A stretch of DNA of 64,000 nt, taken from positions 79,350 to 143,349 of the forward strand of contig JBNKBE010000003.1 of NCBI GenBank assembly GCA_050287085.1, in the 5' to 3' direction. Each line of letters begins with the position of its first letter. Position 1 is the stretch's first letter. A model generated the notes under the pieces. The model saw only the letters and a list, made by a program, of their open reading frames with translations. It was not told the origin of the DNA and did no database searches. Below are positions 38,949-47,875 of the stretch, in pieces. Source of the stretch: Polyangiaceae bacterium (lineage in GTDB: Bacteria > Myxococcota_A > Polyangia > Polyangiales > Polyangiaceae). Made by a program: the position numbers and the translations under genes.

Positions 38949-39739
38949 CCCTCATGACCGAGTGGCATCCGACCCGGGAGTTCCGCCGCGCCGAGCACGG
39001 AGTCGCGCCAGGACCGGGTGAAGTATTGCTCGAAGTCCACGACGTCGGGCCGACCCGAAAAGACAACGCGACGGGCCCTGCGCGACAGCGCGGGCTACCC
39101 TTGGCCGGTCGTGTGACGCTCTGTGGCGCCGACACGGATCCCGCGTGGGAGAGTGCTCGTGTGATGGCGCTAGCCCTAGCGCCCGTCGAACCCCTAGCGC
39201 CCATTGGACAGAATGAAGCGGGCGGAAACGTGCTGCTGCCGGAGTCGCTACTGCTCGCCATTCCACGGAACATAGACTCCAGCGTGGCGGCCAGTCTGAT
39301 TCGCCCGATGCTCACCGCAGCGCTCTTCTTCAGGACGCTCCCGCTGCCGCCGGGGTCCAGACTGCTGCTCGGCGAAAGCCTAGCCTCGGATCCTGTCCTG
39401 AGACATCTGGCTAGGCATAGAGGCCTTTGCATGGTCGCTCCAGACAGCACTACGCCCCTGGCGGATGTCGCAATCGCCGCGGACGCAGTCGACGTCGCTC
39501 CGGCGGTGCGACAACTCGCCGCCAGCGGCTACCTGCTCTGTGCACGCCACGCCGCCAGCGAGCTCTCGACAACCTGGCTCCGCACCCTCGCCCGGCGCGA
39601 AGTCACTTTGCGCTTCGCTTCCTTCGAAGACGACGCACTGCTCCGTCCCGAGCTCCGCCGCTTAGCCGAGAGAGAGCTCCTGCCGGCACTGGAGACGCTG
39701 GAAGACGAAGCGTTCATCTCCCTCGGCAAGGCTCATTGA
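38945..39739 (+). CDS. Degenerate medium-chain dehydrogenase/reductase (MDR)-like protein
   Basis: PGPGEVLLEV..VG, GRV...G, LAIP.NID...AASL, PGSRLL; Zn ligands and GxGxxG not found; GTGA overlap with lysS. Confidence 0.45.
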   Translation: MTLMTEWHPTREFRRAEHGVAPGPGEVLLEVHDVGPTRKDNATGPARQRGLPLAGRVTLCGADTDPAWESARVMALALAPVEPLAPIGQNEAGGNVLLPESLLLAIPRNIDSSVAASLIRPMLTAALFFRTLPLPPGSRLLLGESLASDPVLRHLARHRGLCMVAPDSTTPLADVAIAADAVDVAPAVRQLAASGYLLCARHAASELSTTWLRTLARREVTLRFASFEDDALLRPELRRLAERELLPALETLEDEAFISLGKAH

Positions 39740-39843
39740 CGCAATGCCACACCCAACGGCGGCACAGCCCCCATTATCCTTGATGGACAGCTACCCTTGA
39801 GAGACAGCGCTCGCTGCACACCGCCGAGCCACGGCCAGGGCCC

Positions 39844-40290
39844 CTACTCGCGAGCGTGAATGAGAGTACGCGGTCCCTCCTTGAAGAACACGCTGATCTT
39901 GTTGTCGTCGAGCACCTCAAAGACAAAGCCCTGCCCGAACTTCTTGTGACTCACCAGGTCATCTGTCTCAAATACCTGCTTAATTGAGTACTTGCGAAAC
40001 TCGCTCGGCTCTCGTCCTGCGCAACGTGCGTCCCACTCACCGTTGTATTCCGCTTGAGCCTTCGTTATGCGCGGCGCCTTCGGGGCCTTGCTTGGACTGG
40101 CCGAAGGGGTAGCCGCACGCGGCTGCGGCTCGGTGGCCCCCTTTGGAGCTCGGTAGTTGTGCTGCGTATGGCACGTCTGGCATTCCACTCGTTTCGGTTG
40201 TCCCTCCAGCAACGCGACGACGAGGTGAGATAGGTCCATGCGGCACTTCGTGCACCACGCGTCGACTTCACTTCCAACTTTCAACGTCAT
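39844..40290 (-). CDS. Hypothetical protein: N-terminal Zn-ribbon plus C-terminal SH3/Tudor-like domain
   Basis: CTKC...CQTC...H; Pro/Ala/Lys linker; DLVSHKKFGQGFV...ISVFF. Confidence 0.7.
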   Translation of the reverse strand: MTLKVGSEVDAWCTKCRMDLSHLVVALLEGQPKRVECQTCHTQHNYRAPKGATEPQPRAATPSASPSKAPKAPRITKAQAEYNGEWDARCAGREPSEFRKYSIKQVFETDDLVSHKKFGQGFVFEVLDDNKISVFFKEGPRTLIHARE

Positions 40291-40292
40291 TC

Positions 40293-40793
40293 TCAACCTG
40301 CTTCTTCCGTCTTGCTAGCGTCGTGTTCTGCTGTATCGCTCGCGCTCTCGTTCGTAGGCCTGGAACGGCGAGACGAGCTACTACTATCGCTCGGTTTGAA
40401 CCGAACCTCCATCTTGATTTCGAGCGCCAACAGACTTGCCGCTCGCGCCAACTCCTCCGAAATGCTCGTTCGGCTGAGGAGCTCACGCACCTCGCGCCCC
40501 ACGGCGCGGTAGACACCTTGTTTGGTCTCGTCGAGGTGTGAAAGGGTATTGATCAATACATCTTTTGGGACCTTGAGCTCGGACGCCAATTGCCTCAAGA
40601 CTTCAGGCGCCTTCTGCCTCACCGATTGCGACTTTGCTCCCGCTTCCACCAGGCGTCTAAAGAGATCACCCAGCTCGAACTGACGCTCGGAATCAGGCGA
40701 CTGTCGGGGCCCGCTCGAGGGAGCCCCTGAGCCCTCGTCGCAGGACGGCTCAGTCGACGCTGTCGGTTTTGCCTTCGGCTCGTCAGTCGTCAC
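40293..40793 (-). CDS. Hypothetical helical protein
   Basis: GGAGG RBS before GTG; amphipathic helical core between disordered termini; stop 2 nt before the next start. Confidence 0.65.
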   Translation of the reverse strand: MTTDEPKAKPTASTEPSCDEGSGAPSSGPRQSPDSERQFELGDLFRRLVEAGAKSQSVRQKAPEVLRQLASELKVPKDVLINTLSHLDETKQGVYRAVGREVRELLSRTSISEELARAASLLALEIKMEVRFKPSDSSSSSRRSRPTNESASDTAEHDASKTEEAG

Positions 40794-41043
40794 GCAAATC
40801 CTCCAGTAGGGTCCGCCGCCAGGATATCGCAGCGTCCCCGATTCGGTTGCCTCGTCGCTCCGTCCATAGCCATACCTTCATTCTTGCGCCCTACCGATTC
40901 CAGAAGGCCCCGAGTCATGGCACCCCTGCAGACGACATAACCGCTTTGCGTTCACCAGACAAAAGCACGAGCCCGTGAGGCAACAACACCACCCACGGCG
41001 GGAAAACAGGGACCTTAGGCGGTCGCCAAGGGCCGTTTGACGT

Positions 41044-41213
41044 TGCGGCTGCTCTCGGGTGTTCAGAGCGTCGAATACTAGCCTATCGCTACGCCAGTGT
41101 CCGGATATGCGGGAGTACTTATATGTCGTCCGAGACTGCCTTCGATGTCCGAGAGCCACATACCTGGGATCGGCCGGCTCGAATTCACGTTGCGAACTAG
41201 GGCAAGCAGCGTA
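41044..41213 (+). ncRNA. ssrS: Probable 6S RNA
   Basis: About 170-nt rod folded by hand: GCTGCT/AGCAGC, GTTC/GAAC, AGCGT/ACGTT, GAAT/ATTC, AGCC/GGCT, a central bubble, then CGGATAT/ATGTCCG and an apical stem; G-U pairs favour the + strand. Confidence 0.6.
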
Positions 41214-41371
41214 CCCCAAGCGCTTCTCCCCATCAACCATCGAGACTCCGACTACCGTGTGAACGGACGTTGTGCAGGAAGCGGAACGCCCCCGGCAGTA
41301 TCGAAATCGCGAACGCCAAAGGTTCAGCGTTGACAGCGAGGACCCCGTCCGCGGCCAGCACACGGCTGTCA

Positions 41372-41401
41372 TTGCACCGAGTTGAACCCACAGTCTATGC
41401 T
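41372..41401 (+). promoter_or_regulatory. Sigma-70-type promoter placing +1 on the pepP ATG (putative leaderless)
   Basis: TTGCAC-N18-TATGCT-N6-ATG. Confidence 0.55.
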
Positions 41402-41407
41402 AGGTCG

Positions 41408-42697
41408 ATGGATCCCAGCCTCTTCGCTGACCACCGTACTCGTATCCAAACGTCTCTGGGTGAAGCTGTACTCGTCGCTTTCTCCGCCCGTGAGAGCGTG
41501 CGCAACAACGATGTGCATCACCCCTTCCGACAAGACTCCGACTTCTACTACTTGACGGGAATAGAAGAACCTGATTGCGCCCTCGTCCTGAGCCAGGAGG
41601 CCGCCACCATCTTTGTCCGGCCACGCGACCCCAAACGGGAGATTTGGGACGGTCCTCGGGTCGGCGTGGAAGGAGCCAAAGCCCAGTTGAACGCGGCAGC
41701 TAGCCATCCTTTCGCCGAACTCGATGACCGACTGCCAGAGCTGCTCAAGGGTCACAAGCGTGTCTATCATGCACTCAGCGGCCACGGGGAAGACGACGCC
41801 AGGCTGCTACGCGCCGTCCGCGGCGCACAGCAGCTAACGCGTCGCGGAGGCGTCGCTCCGCACGAAGTGCACGACAGCGCGTTGCTCGTTCACGAGGCTC
41901 GGCGGATAAAGACGGCTCCCGAAGTCGCCCTCATGCAGCAGGCGGCCGACATATCGGTGGAAGCCCACCTCCTGGCGATGCGCGCTGCGCGCCCGGGCCT
42001 GGGGGAATACCAGCTCCAGGCGCTGATCGAACACCACTTTCTGAACCGTGGCGCCAGGCGTCCCGCGTATCAGACCATTGTAGGAAGCGGCCCGAATGCG
42101 ACCATCCTGCACTACATCGACAACAACAAGGTGCTCGCAGCGGGAGAGCTGGTGCTGATCGACGCAGGCTGTGAGTTTTCCTATTATGCCGCCGATATCA
42201 CACGGACCTTTCCGGTTGGAGGTCAGTTCACTACGGCACAACGTGCGATCTACGACGTCGTAGCAGGCGCACAACAAGCCGCAATCGCCAAGGCCGTTCC
42301 GGGGGCGACCGCAATGGACATTCACCTAGCGGCGGTCGAAGTCCTCACCCAGGGCCTGCTGGATCTTGACCTACTGCAAGGCAGTTTGGCCGAAGCTCTC
42401 GAAACCAAAGCTTATCAACCCTACTACATGCATTCGACGGGACATCTCTTGGGAATGGACGTCCACGACGTCGGCCGCACCCACGACGGCGACGCTCCCC
42501 GAGCTTTGCTCCCCGGCTGCGTTGTCACGGTAGAGCCGGGGCTCTATTTTTCCGATTCACCGGACACCCCAGAAACGTATCGCGGCATTGGCATCAGAAT
42601 CGAAGACGACATTCTCATTACAGAAGACGGCCATCGAAACCTGACGGCAGCGCTGCCGACTGCGGCTCGCGACATCGAGCAGGCGTGCTCAAATTGA
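41408..42697 (+). CDS. pepP: Xaa-Pro aminopeptidase (M24B)
   Basis: FRQDSDFYYLTG, ILHY, LIDAG, ADITRTFP, HSTGHLLGMDVHD, TVEPGLY, GIRIEDD. Confidence 0.95.
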   Translation: MDPSLFADHRTRIQTSLGEAVLVAFSARESVRNNDVHHPFRQDSDFYYLTGIEEPDCALVLSQEAATIFVRPRDPKREIWDGPRVGVEGAKAQLNAAASHPFAELDDRLPELLKGHKRVYHALSGHGEDDARLLRAVRGAQQLTRRGGVAPHEVHDSALLVHEARRIKTAPEVALMQQAADISVEAHLLAMRAARPGLGEYQLQALIEHHFLNRGARRPAYQTIVGSGPNATILHYIDNNKVLAAGELVLIDAGCEFSYYAADITRTFPVGGQFTTAQRAIYDVVAGAQQAAIAKAVPGATAMDIHLAAVEVLTQGLLDLDLLQGSLAEALETKAYQPYYMHSTGHLLGMDVHDVGRTHDGDAPRALLPGCVVTVEPGLYFSDSPDTPETYRGIGIRIEDDILITEDGHRNLTAALPTAARDIEQACSN

Positions 42698-42703
42698 ATA
42701 GGC

Positions 42704-42743
42704 GACAGCGCTCGAAAGAACACCCAGTTTCTTTGCGGCTGTC
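42704..42743. terminator. Imperfect inverted repeat between convergent genes, possible terminator
   Basis: GACAGC..AAAGAA / TTCTTT..GCTGTC; no long U-tract. Confidence 0.3.
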
Positions 42744-42783
42744 GGTGTTGAACGAGCCGCCAAGCGCTCAACCTGGAACAAGC

Positions 42784-43698
42784 TCAATCCGGTACAATGC
42801 GCTTGCCTCGCGCGGCAGCGCGAGCCTTGGCCACAGCGCTAGCTCGCGCCGCTGAGCGCTTCTTGACCAGCGGCGCCCCGTCGACGACGCCCTTGCTACT
42901 GGGTCCCTTGTTCTTGGCGCGCGCGCGTCGGATCTGCTGCTGGTTAGGCAAAGGCGGCGCCGGCCATATGCGCTTGGGAACGCCATAGGTCTTCTTGACG
43001 TCGGTAAGTTCTTCCTTCGACAGGTAGCGCCATTGACCGGGACGAAGCCCTTCGTGACTCAAACCCGCGAACGCCACGCGCGCCAAGCGCAGCACGGTAT
43101 TGCCGGTGGCCTCGCCCAAGCGATGGATATGACGATTCTTTCCCTCACGCAGGGTGATTTCCAGCCAGGTCTTGTCCTCTTCGACGCGCAGGCGTCGGAC
43201 CTCCGCGGGACGTGTTAAAACGCCTTCAACGTCGATCGGTTGCTGCCAGCGCTCCACGTCAGCGTCTGTCAGCACACCACGCACCTTGGCCACATACTGT
43301 TTGGGCACCGCGTGTTTGGGGTCTAAGAGGGCGGCCGCAAAGTCCCCGTCGTTGGTCAAGAGCAACAGGCCACTTGTATGATAGTCGAGCCGCCCCACTG
43401 GGACGACTCGGCCCTGGGCCCCCGTAACGTAAGCGGCCACCGTCTCTCGGCCCTCCGGGTCGCTCATGGTGCACACGACGCCCCGAGGCTTGTGGAACAT
43501 CACGTAGACAAAGGGCTCTGCCTCGACGCGTCGGCCGTTGACCGTGATGTTCTGTCGCCGCGCATCCGCCTTCGTGCCCAACTCGCGGACGACGCGGCCA
43601 TCCACGCGCACTCGCCCCTCCTCGATCAACACCTCTGCGGCGCGACGGGAGGAAACGCCCGCGCGGGCGAGGATCTTTTGAAGACGTTCAAGTGCCAT
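42784..43698 (-). CDS. rluB: RsuA/RluB-family rRNA pseudouridine synthase
   Basis: S4 domain ERLQKILARAGVSSRR, HKPRG, GRLDYHTSGLLLLTNDG, EGKNRHI; exact paralog identity uncertain. Confidence 0.85.
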   Translation of the reverse strand: MALERLQKILARAGVSSRRAAEVLIEEGRVRVDGRVVRELGTKADARRQNITVNGRRVEAEPFVYVMFHKPRGVVCTMSDPEGRETVAAYVTGAQGRVVPVGRLDYHTSGLLLLTNDGDFAAALLDPKHAVPKQYVAKVRGVLTDADVERWQQPIDVEGVLTRPAEVRRLRVEEDKTWLEITLREGKNRHIHRLGEATGNTVLRLARVAFAGLSHEGLRPGQWRYLSKEELTDVKKTYGVPKRIWPAPPLPNQQQIRRARAKNKGPSSKGVVDGAPLVKKRSAARASAVAKARAAARGKRIVPD

Positions 43699-43835
43699 AA
43701 GCCGTAAGGGAGTCTGGCCTGGTAGCGCTGACACGCCGGTTTCGCAAGGGACAATACCGACCGCCTCGCTCGCCGGGGTGCCCCTGAAGCCCCCACCGAA
43801 GTGGCACTGGAACGCGTATCAGCCTGGGCCGGCTC

Positions 43836-44576
43836 TTAGCGAGGAGCCTGAGGTTGCACTGCAGCGGCTTCATTTGCGCTCGTCTGGGCTGGGTCTGGAG
43901 CACCGGACGCCCCCGCTTGAGCTTCTTCACTGCGCTTTCGCGCACGCTCGCGCTCATACGCCTGATCGCGCTGCCAACGATCCACCTGACCATCCCCATC
44001 GACGTCTTTCCCCACCCGCCGCAAGCGTCCCTGATCATACACCTCCCAGGTATCGACCTTGCCGTCGAGCGAGGTGTCGCGACGCGCGCGGGCCAATTTG
44101 CCACCTGAGTACACGCGAAACTCGTCCGGGACACCGTCGCCGTTGACGTCGATCCGCGCCTCTGTCACCTGGGCGCCGCTGAAGCGAAGCCACGTATCGA
44201 TCTTCCCGTCGTAGTCCGCGTCCGCGATCTCTTCCACCGGCAGTCCGCGGGTGCTGTAGGTGCGAAAAACGTCCTTGATGCCGTCGAGGTTGGTGTCGAT
44301 TTCCCGGCACCGAAGCACCCGTTCCCCCGCTTGCCCAGGTCCCACTTCAAAGACCCTGCGAATGTTCTTATGCTGGGCGCCAGCGCCCCGGAACTCGAGC
44401 GCTGCGCGCTCCTTGCTGACGGCCCGTTGGCAGCGAGAGTGATCGTCAGCGGGTACCCTATACTCCACAACCCGTGCCTCGGCAGGCGGAGCCGCCGCGC
44501 TACAGGCAGGCAATGCAAGCGCAGCCCACACGGCGCCGCCCAGGTTCCAGGCCCGAGCCACCTCATCGCGCGTCAC
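43836..44576 (-). CDS. Lipoprotein with five DxDxDG Ca-binding-like repeats
   Basis: GTG overlapping the upstream TGA; LALPAC lipobox; DTNLDG, DADYDG, DVNGDG, DTSLDG, DVDGDG. Confidence 0.75.
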   Translation of the reverse strand: MTRDEVARAWNLGGAVWAALALPACSAAAPPAEARVVEYRVPADDHSRCQRAVSKERAALEFRGAGAQHKNIRRVFEVGPGQAGERVLRCREIDTNLDGIKDVFRTYSTRGLPVEEIADADYDGKIDTWLRFSGAQVTEARIDVNGDGVPDEFRVYSGGKLARARRDTSLDGKVDTWEVYDQGRLRRVGKDVDGDGQVDRWQRDQAYERERARKRSEEAQAGASGAPDPAQTSANEAAAVQPQAPR

Positions 44577-45361
44577 GGAGCAGGTGCCTTCCCGGGAAGC
44601 GCTGGGGGGTTGGGGGCCGTTGCGGGCGCGTTGTCCGCCCCATCGCGGGCGAGCGGAGCACCGCTTTCTGCAGTCGCTTCGCCTTCGGCGGGCGCGGAAA
44701 CCGGGGACCCTCCGCTCGAGGCGGCAGCAGCCTTGTCTTCGCAGATGGCAACAGTGGCCCCTGGATCGGGTCGTCCGTCGCCGTCCACATCGGAATGAAT
44801 CAGGGGACACTCGGGGTGGGCCGGATCGGGATACTCCCACCACTGGTCGAGATACCCATCCAGGTCTGCGTCGCGCCGGGTCACCGCCAATTGGCCCCCT
44901 TTGTACACTTGCCAGGTGTCAAGCGCTCCCCCAAGCGTCGTTGCTCGCCGTTTCTCGCTCAGATGCCCAGAGACATACAGAGCGATTTCGTCGATGCGAC
45001 CATCGCGATCGAAGTCGGCTTCGCGCCGAACCAACTGCCCTTTGGCGTTGTAGTAGGTCCAGCTGTCCGGTTGCCCGTCGAGATTCAGATCGAAGACGCG
45101 GCAACGTCCGCCGCTGCCGTCGGGCGCCGTCCGGACGTCGGCTCGGCCGTCGCGATTCGCGTCCAAGCCCTTGTAGTCCTTGGCGTCAGCTGCACAGGGT
45201 TGATGTTCAATGCGTGTGTCCACGGCGGTTCGATAGTCAGGCCCACTGCTAGCTCCTCCTCCGCCGCCCCCGCAGCCGCACAAGCCCACCGCGAGGACAA
45301 GGGTAAGGCCCAGAGGACCCCCGGGTAGCGCGGAGTAGAATTGATCCCTCAAACGAGACAT
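44573..45361 (-). CDS. Lipoprotein with DxDxDG Ca-binding-like repeats (likely paralog of the neighbour)
   Basis: LCGC lipobox plus Gly linker; DANRDG, DLNLDG, DFDRDG, DADLDG, DVDGDG. Confidence 0.78.
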   Translation of the reverse strand: MSRLRDQFYSALPGGPLGLTLVLAVGLCGCGGGGGGASSGPDYRTAVDTRIEHQPCAADAKDYKGLDANRDGRADVRTAPDGSGGRCRVFDLNLDGQPDSWTYYNAKGQLVRREADFDRDGRIDEIALYVSGHLSEKRRATTLGGALDTWQVYKGGQLAVTRRDADLDGYLDQWWEYPDPAHPECPLIHSDVDGDGRPDPGATVAICEDKAAAASSGGSPVSAPAEGEATAESGAPLARDGADNAPATAPNPPALPGKAPAP

Positions 45362-45504
45362 TGTTGGTGATCTCCGATGTCCGGGACAAACGGACCCCCC
45401 GGAGCTGAGAAACAGGCCTTCGCAAGACTACGGCATCGTCGGATTCGCGCTACGGGAGATTCCTTCCGGAGGAAGCCGACTCATCGTGCCGCGGCCCGCC
45501 GGCC

Positions 45505-45537
45505 CACATTGACAATATACATATGTGAATCTAATGT
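45505..45537 (+). promoter_or_regulatory. Sigma-70 promoter of the RHH gene overlapped by ACAT/ATGT dyads (possible operator)
   Basis: TTGACA (45509)-N17-TAATGT (45532); palindrome ACATATGT at 45519-45526; CACAT...ATGTG. Confidence 0.65.
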
Positions 45538-45567
45538 AACGACTGGCCATTTAGAAGCCGGCGCGAA

Positions 45568-45774
45568 ATGTCACGCAAGAAGGTCTCCACGACGGTCTAC
45601 ATCACCGCTGAACAGAGCGAAGCTCTGCGGCTTTTGCACGACCGGACGAAGGTACCCGTCGCCGTGTACATTCGAGAAGGGATCGATCTCGTACTGAAGC
45701 AGTATGGGGATCAACTGCCGGGTCAAATGTCGCTGACGGACGCGGTCCCACCGCCGGGCAAGAAACGCAGATAG
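45568..45774 (+). CDS. Ribbon-helix-helix DNA-binding protein
   Basis: STTVYIT beta-strand followed by two helices (EQSEALRLLHDRT / VAVYIREGIDLVL), 68 aa. Confidence 0.85.
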   Translation: MSRKKVSTTVYITAEQSEALRLLHDRTKVPVAVYIREGIDLVLKQYGDQLPGQMSLTDAVPPPGKKRR

Positions 45775-45989
45775 TCGGGACACCTTCGACGAACGGTAGA
45801 ACGTCCCAACGGGCGTCGCTGGGGCCCTGCCCCGGCTCAAGAAGGCGAAAGCAACCCGACCCTAAATCAGCGGGGCGCGCGTCCCGTACCACGGCTCGGC
45901 GTGGCCGCGTCCGCGACTCAGACCTGCGGCGAGCGTTGCGGGCACGCGGAATGTGGTGCTAAGGGCCCAGCCAAACCAATACGACTGCA

Positions 45990-47795
45990 ATGAGCACCGA
46001 TCCCAGCAAGATCCGCAACTTCTCCATCATCGCTCATATCGACCACGGCAAGAGCACGCTCGCCGATCGCATCATGGACGTGACGGGAGCTTTAACCGAC
46101 CGCGAGAAGAAGGCGCAGTTCCTCGATAAGATGGATCTGGAGCGCGAACGCGGCATCACCATCAAGGCACAAAACGTGCGCCTCGCCTACAAGGCGGACG
46201 ACGGCGTCACGTATCAATTGCAGCTGATCGACACCCCCGGACACGTGGACTTCTCCTATGAAGTGAGCAACAGCCTTGAAGCGTGTGAAGGGGCACTGCT
46301 CGTGGTCGACTCAACGCAAGGAGTGCAGGCACAGACCGTCGCCAACGTCTACCTTGCGATCGACAAGAACCTGGAGCTCATCCCGGTGCTCAACAAGGTG
46401 GACCTTCCATCATCAGACATCGACCGCACCGTCGAAATGATCGAAGAAGTGATCGGACTGGATTGTAGCGGCGCCATCATGTGCAGCGGCAAGACGGGGA
46501 TCGGGGTCAAAGAGCTTCTCGAGGCGGTTGTGCAACGGGTCCCAGCCCCAACGGGAGATCCTGAAGCCCCTCTGCGGGCACTCGTCTTCGACAGCTGGTA
46601 CGACAGCTACCGCGGTGCCATGGTCATGTTGCGCATCGTCGATGGAACGCTGCGCAAAGGCGACAAGGTTCGGTTCATGGCAACCGGAGTAGTCTGCGAA
46701 GCCACTGAACTGGGCTGCTTCGCCCCTCACCCTAAGAACCTCACCGAGCTGGGTCCCGGAGAAGTAGGGTTTCTCGCAGGCAATATCAAGAGCGTCGAAG
46801 ACACCAAGATCGGCGACACGTTGACCCTTGCCAAAGGCGGGGCCACAGCCCCCCTTCCCGGCTTCAAAGAGGTCAAGCCCATGGTATTTGCCGGGCTCTT
46901 TCCGACCGATTCAGCCGACTACGAGGACCTGCGTGACGCGCTGTCGAAACTCCATCTCAACGACGCTTCCTTCGAATTCGAACCCGACACGTCGGACGCA
47001 CTGGGTTTCGGCTTCCGCTGCGGCTTCCTCGGTTTGCTCCACATGGAGATCATCCAGGAGCGTCTTGAACGCGAATACAATCTCGATCTGATCACCACCG
47101 CGCCCAGCGTCGTGTATCGGGTGATCACGAAGACCGGCGAGACCCTAACCGTAGACAATCCGTCGAAAATGCCGGAGCCAGGGGACATCTCGTGCATCGA
47201 AGAGCCCATCATGAACGTGACCGTGCACGTTCCGGCTGAGTACGTAGGCGCCGTGGTAGCGCTATGCGAAGAGCGCCGCGGTGTGCAGAAGGATATCTCG
47301 TTCTCGACCCAGGACCACGTGGTCATCACCTACGACTTGCCTCACGCCGAGGTGCTTCTCGACTTGCATGATCGCCTCAAGAGTGTGTCGCGAGGTTATG
47401 CCAGCATGGACTATGAACTCGTCGGATACCGCGCCGACGACTTGGTCAAGCTCGATCTCCTTGTCAACGGCGAGCCCCTTGACGCCTTGAGCGTGATCGT
47501 CCACCGAGAGAGAGCCTACTCACGAGGACGAGCGCTGGCCGAAAAGCTCAAAGAACTCATTCCTCGCCAACAATACGAAGTAGCCATCCAGGCCGCCCTC
47601 GGCAGCAAGGTTATCAGCCGGACGACGATCCGCGCGATGCGCAAAGACGTCACGGCCAAGTGTTATGGTGGCGACATCAGCCGCAAGCGCAAACTGCTCG
47701 AGAAGCAGAAGGAAGGCAAGAAGCGGATGAAGGCGGTCGGCAGCGTAGAGGTGCCTCAGGAGGCATTCCTCGCCGTATTGAAGCTCGATCAATAA
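45990..47795 (+). CDS. lepA: Elongation factor 4 (LepA)
   Basis: [65 protein letters not shown]. Confidence 0.99.
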   Translation: MSTDPSKIRNFSIIAHIDHGKSTLADRIMDVTGALTDREKKAQFLDKMDLERERGITIKAQNVRLAYKADDGVTYQLQLIDTPGHVDFSYEVSNSLEACEGALLVVDSTQGVQAQTVANVYLAIDKNLELIPVLNKVDLPSSDIDRTVEMIEEVIGLDCSGAIMCSGKTGIGVKELLEAVVQRVPAPTGDPEAPLRALVFDSWYDSYRGAMVMLRIVDGTLRKGDKVRFMATGVVCEATELGCFAPHPKNLTELGPGEVGFLAGNIKSVEDTKIGDTLTLAKGGATAPLPGFKEVKPMVFAGLFPTDSADYEDLRDALSKLHLNDASFEFEPDTSDALGFGFRCGFLGLLHMEIIQERLEREYNLDLITTAPSVVYRVITKTGETLTVDNPSKMPEPGDISCIEEPIMNVTVHVPAEYVGAVVALCEERRGVQKDISFSTQDHVVITYDLPHAEVLLDLHDRLKSVSRGYASMDYELVGYRADDLVKLDLLVNGEPLDALSVIVHRERAYSRGRALAEKLKELIPRQQYEVAIQAALGSKVISRTTIRAMRKDVTAKCYGGDISRKRKLLEKQKEGKKRMKAVGSVEVPQEAFLAVLKLDQ

Positions 47796-47875
47796 ACCCG
47801 ACAACCCGCCCGAAACCGATTGCGGGATGCGCTCAGCCATCCCGGCCCTACACTGGCATCCTGCGCCACGCTCCT

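Noticed and set aside
40878..41372. 164-aa minus-strand ORF and small plus-strand ORFs in the gap
   Set aside because: No motifs or RBS; the region is better explained by a structured RNA and promoters.
45568..45774. RHH gene as the antitoxin of a toxin-antitoxin pair
   Set aside because: No toxin-like ORF is adjacent; the next gene is lepA.
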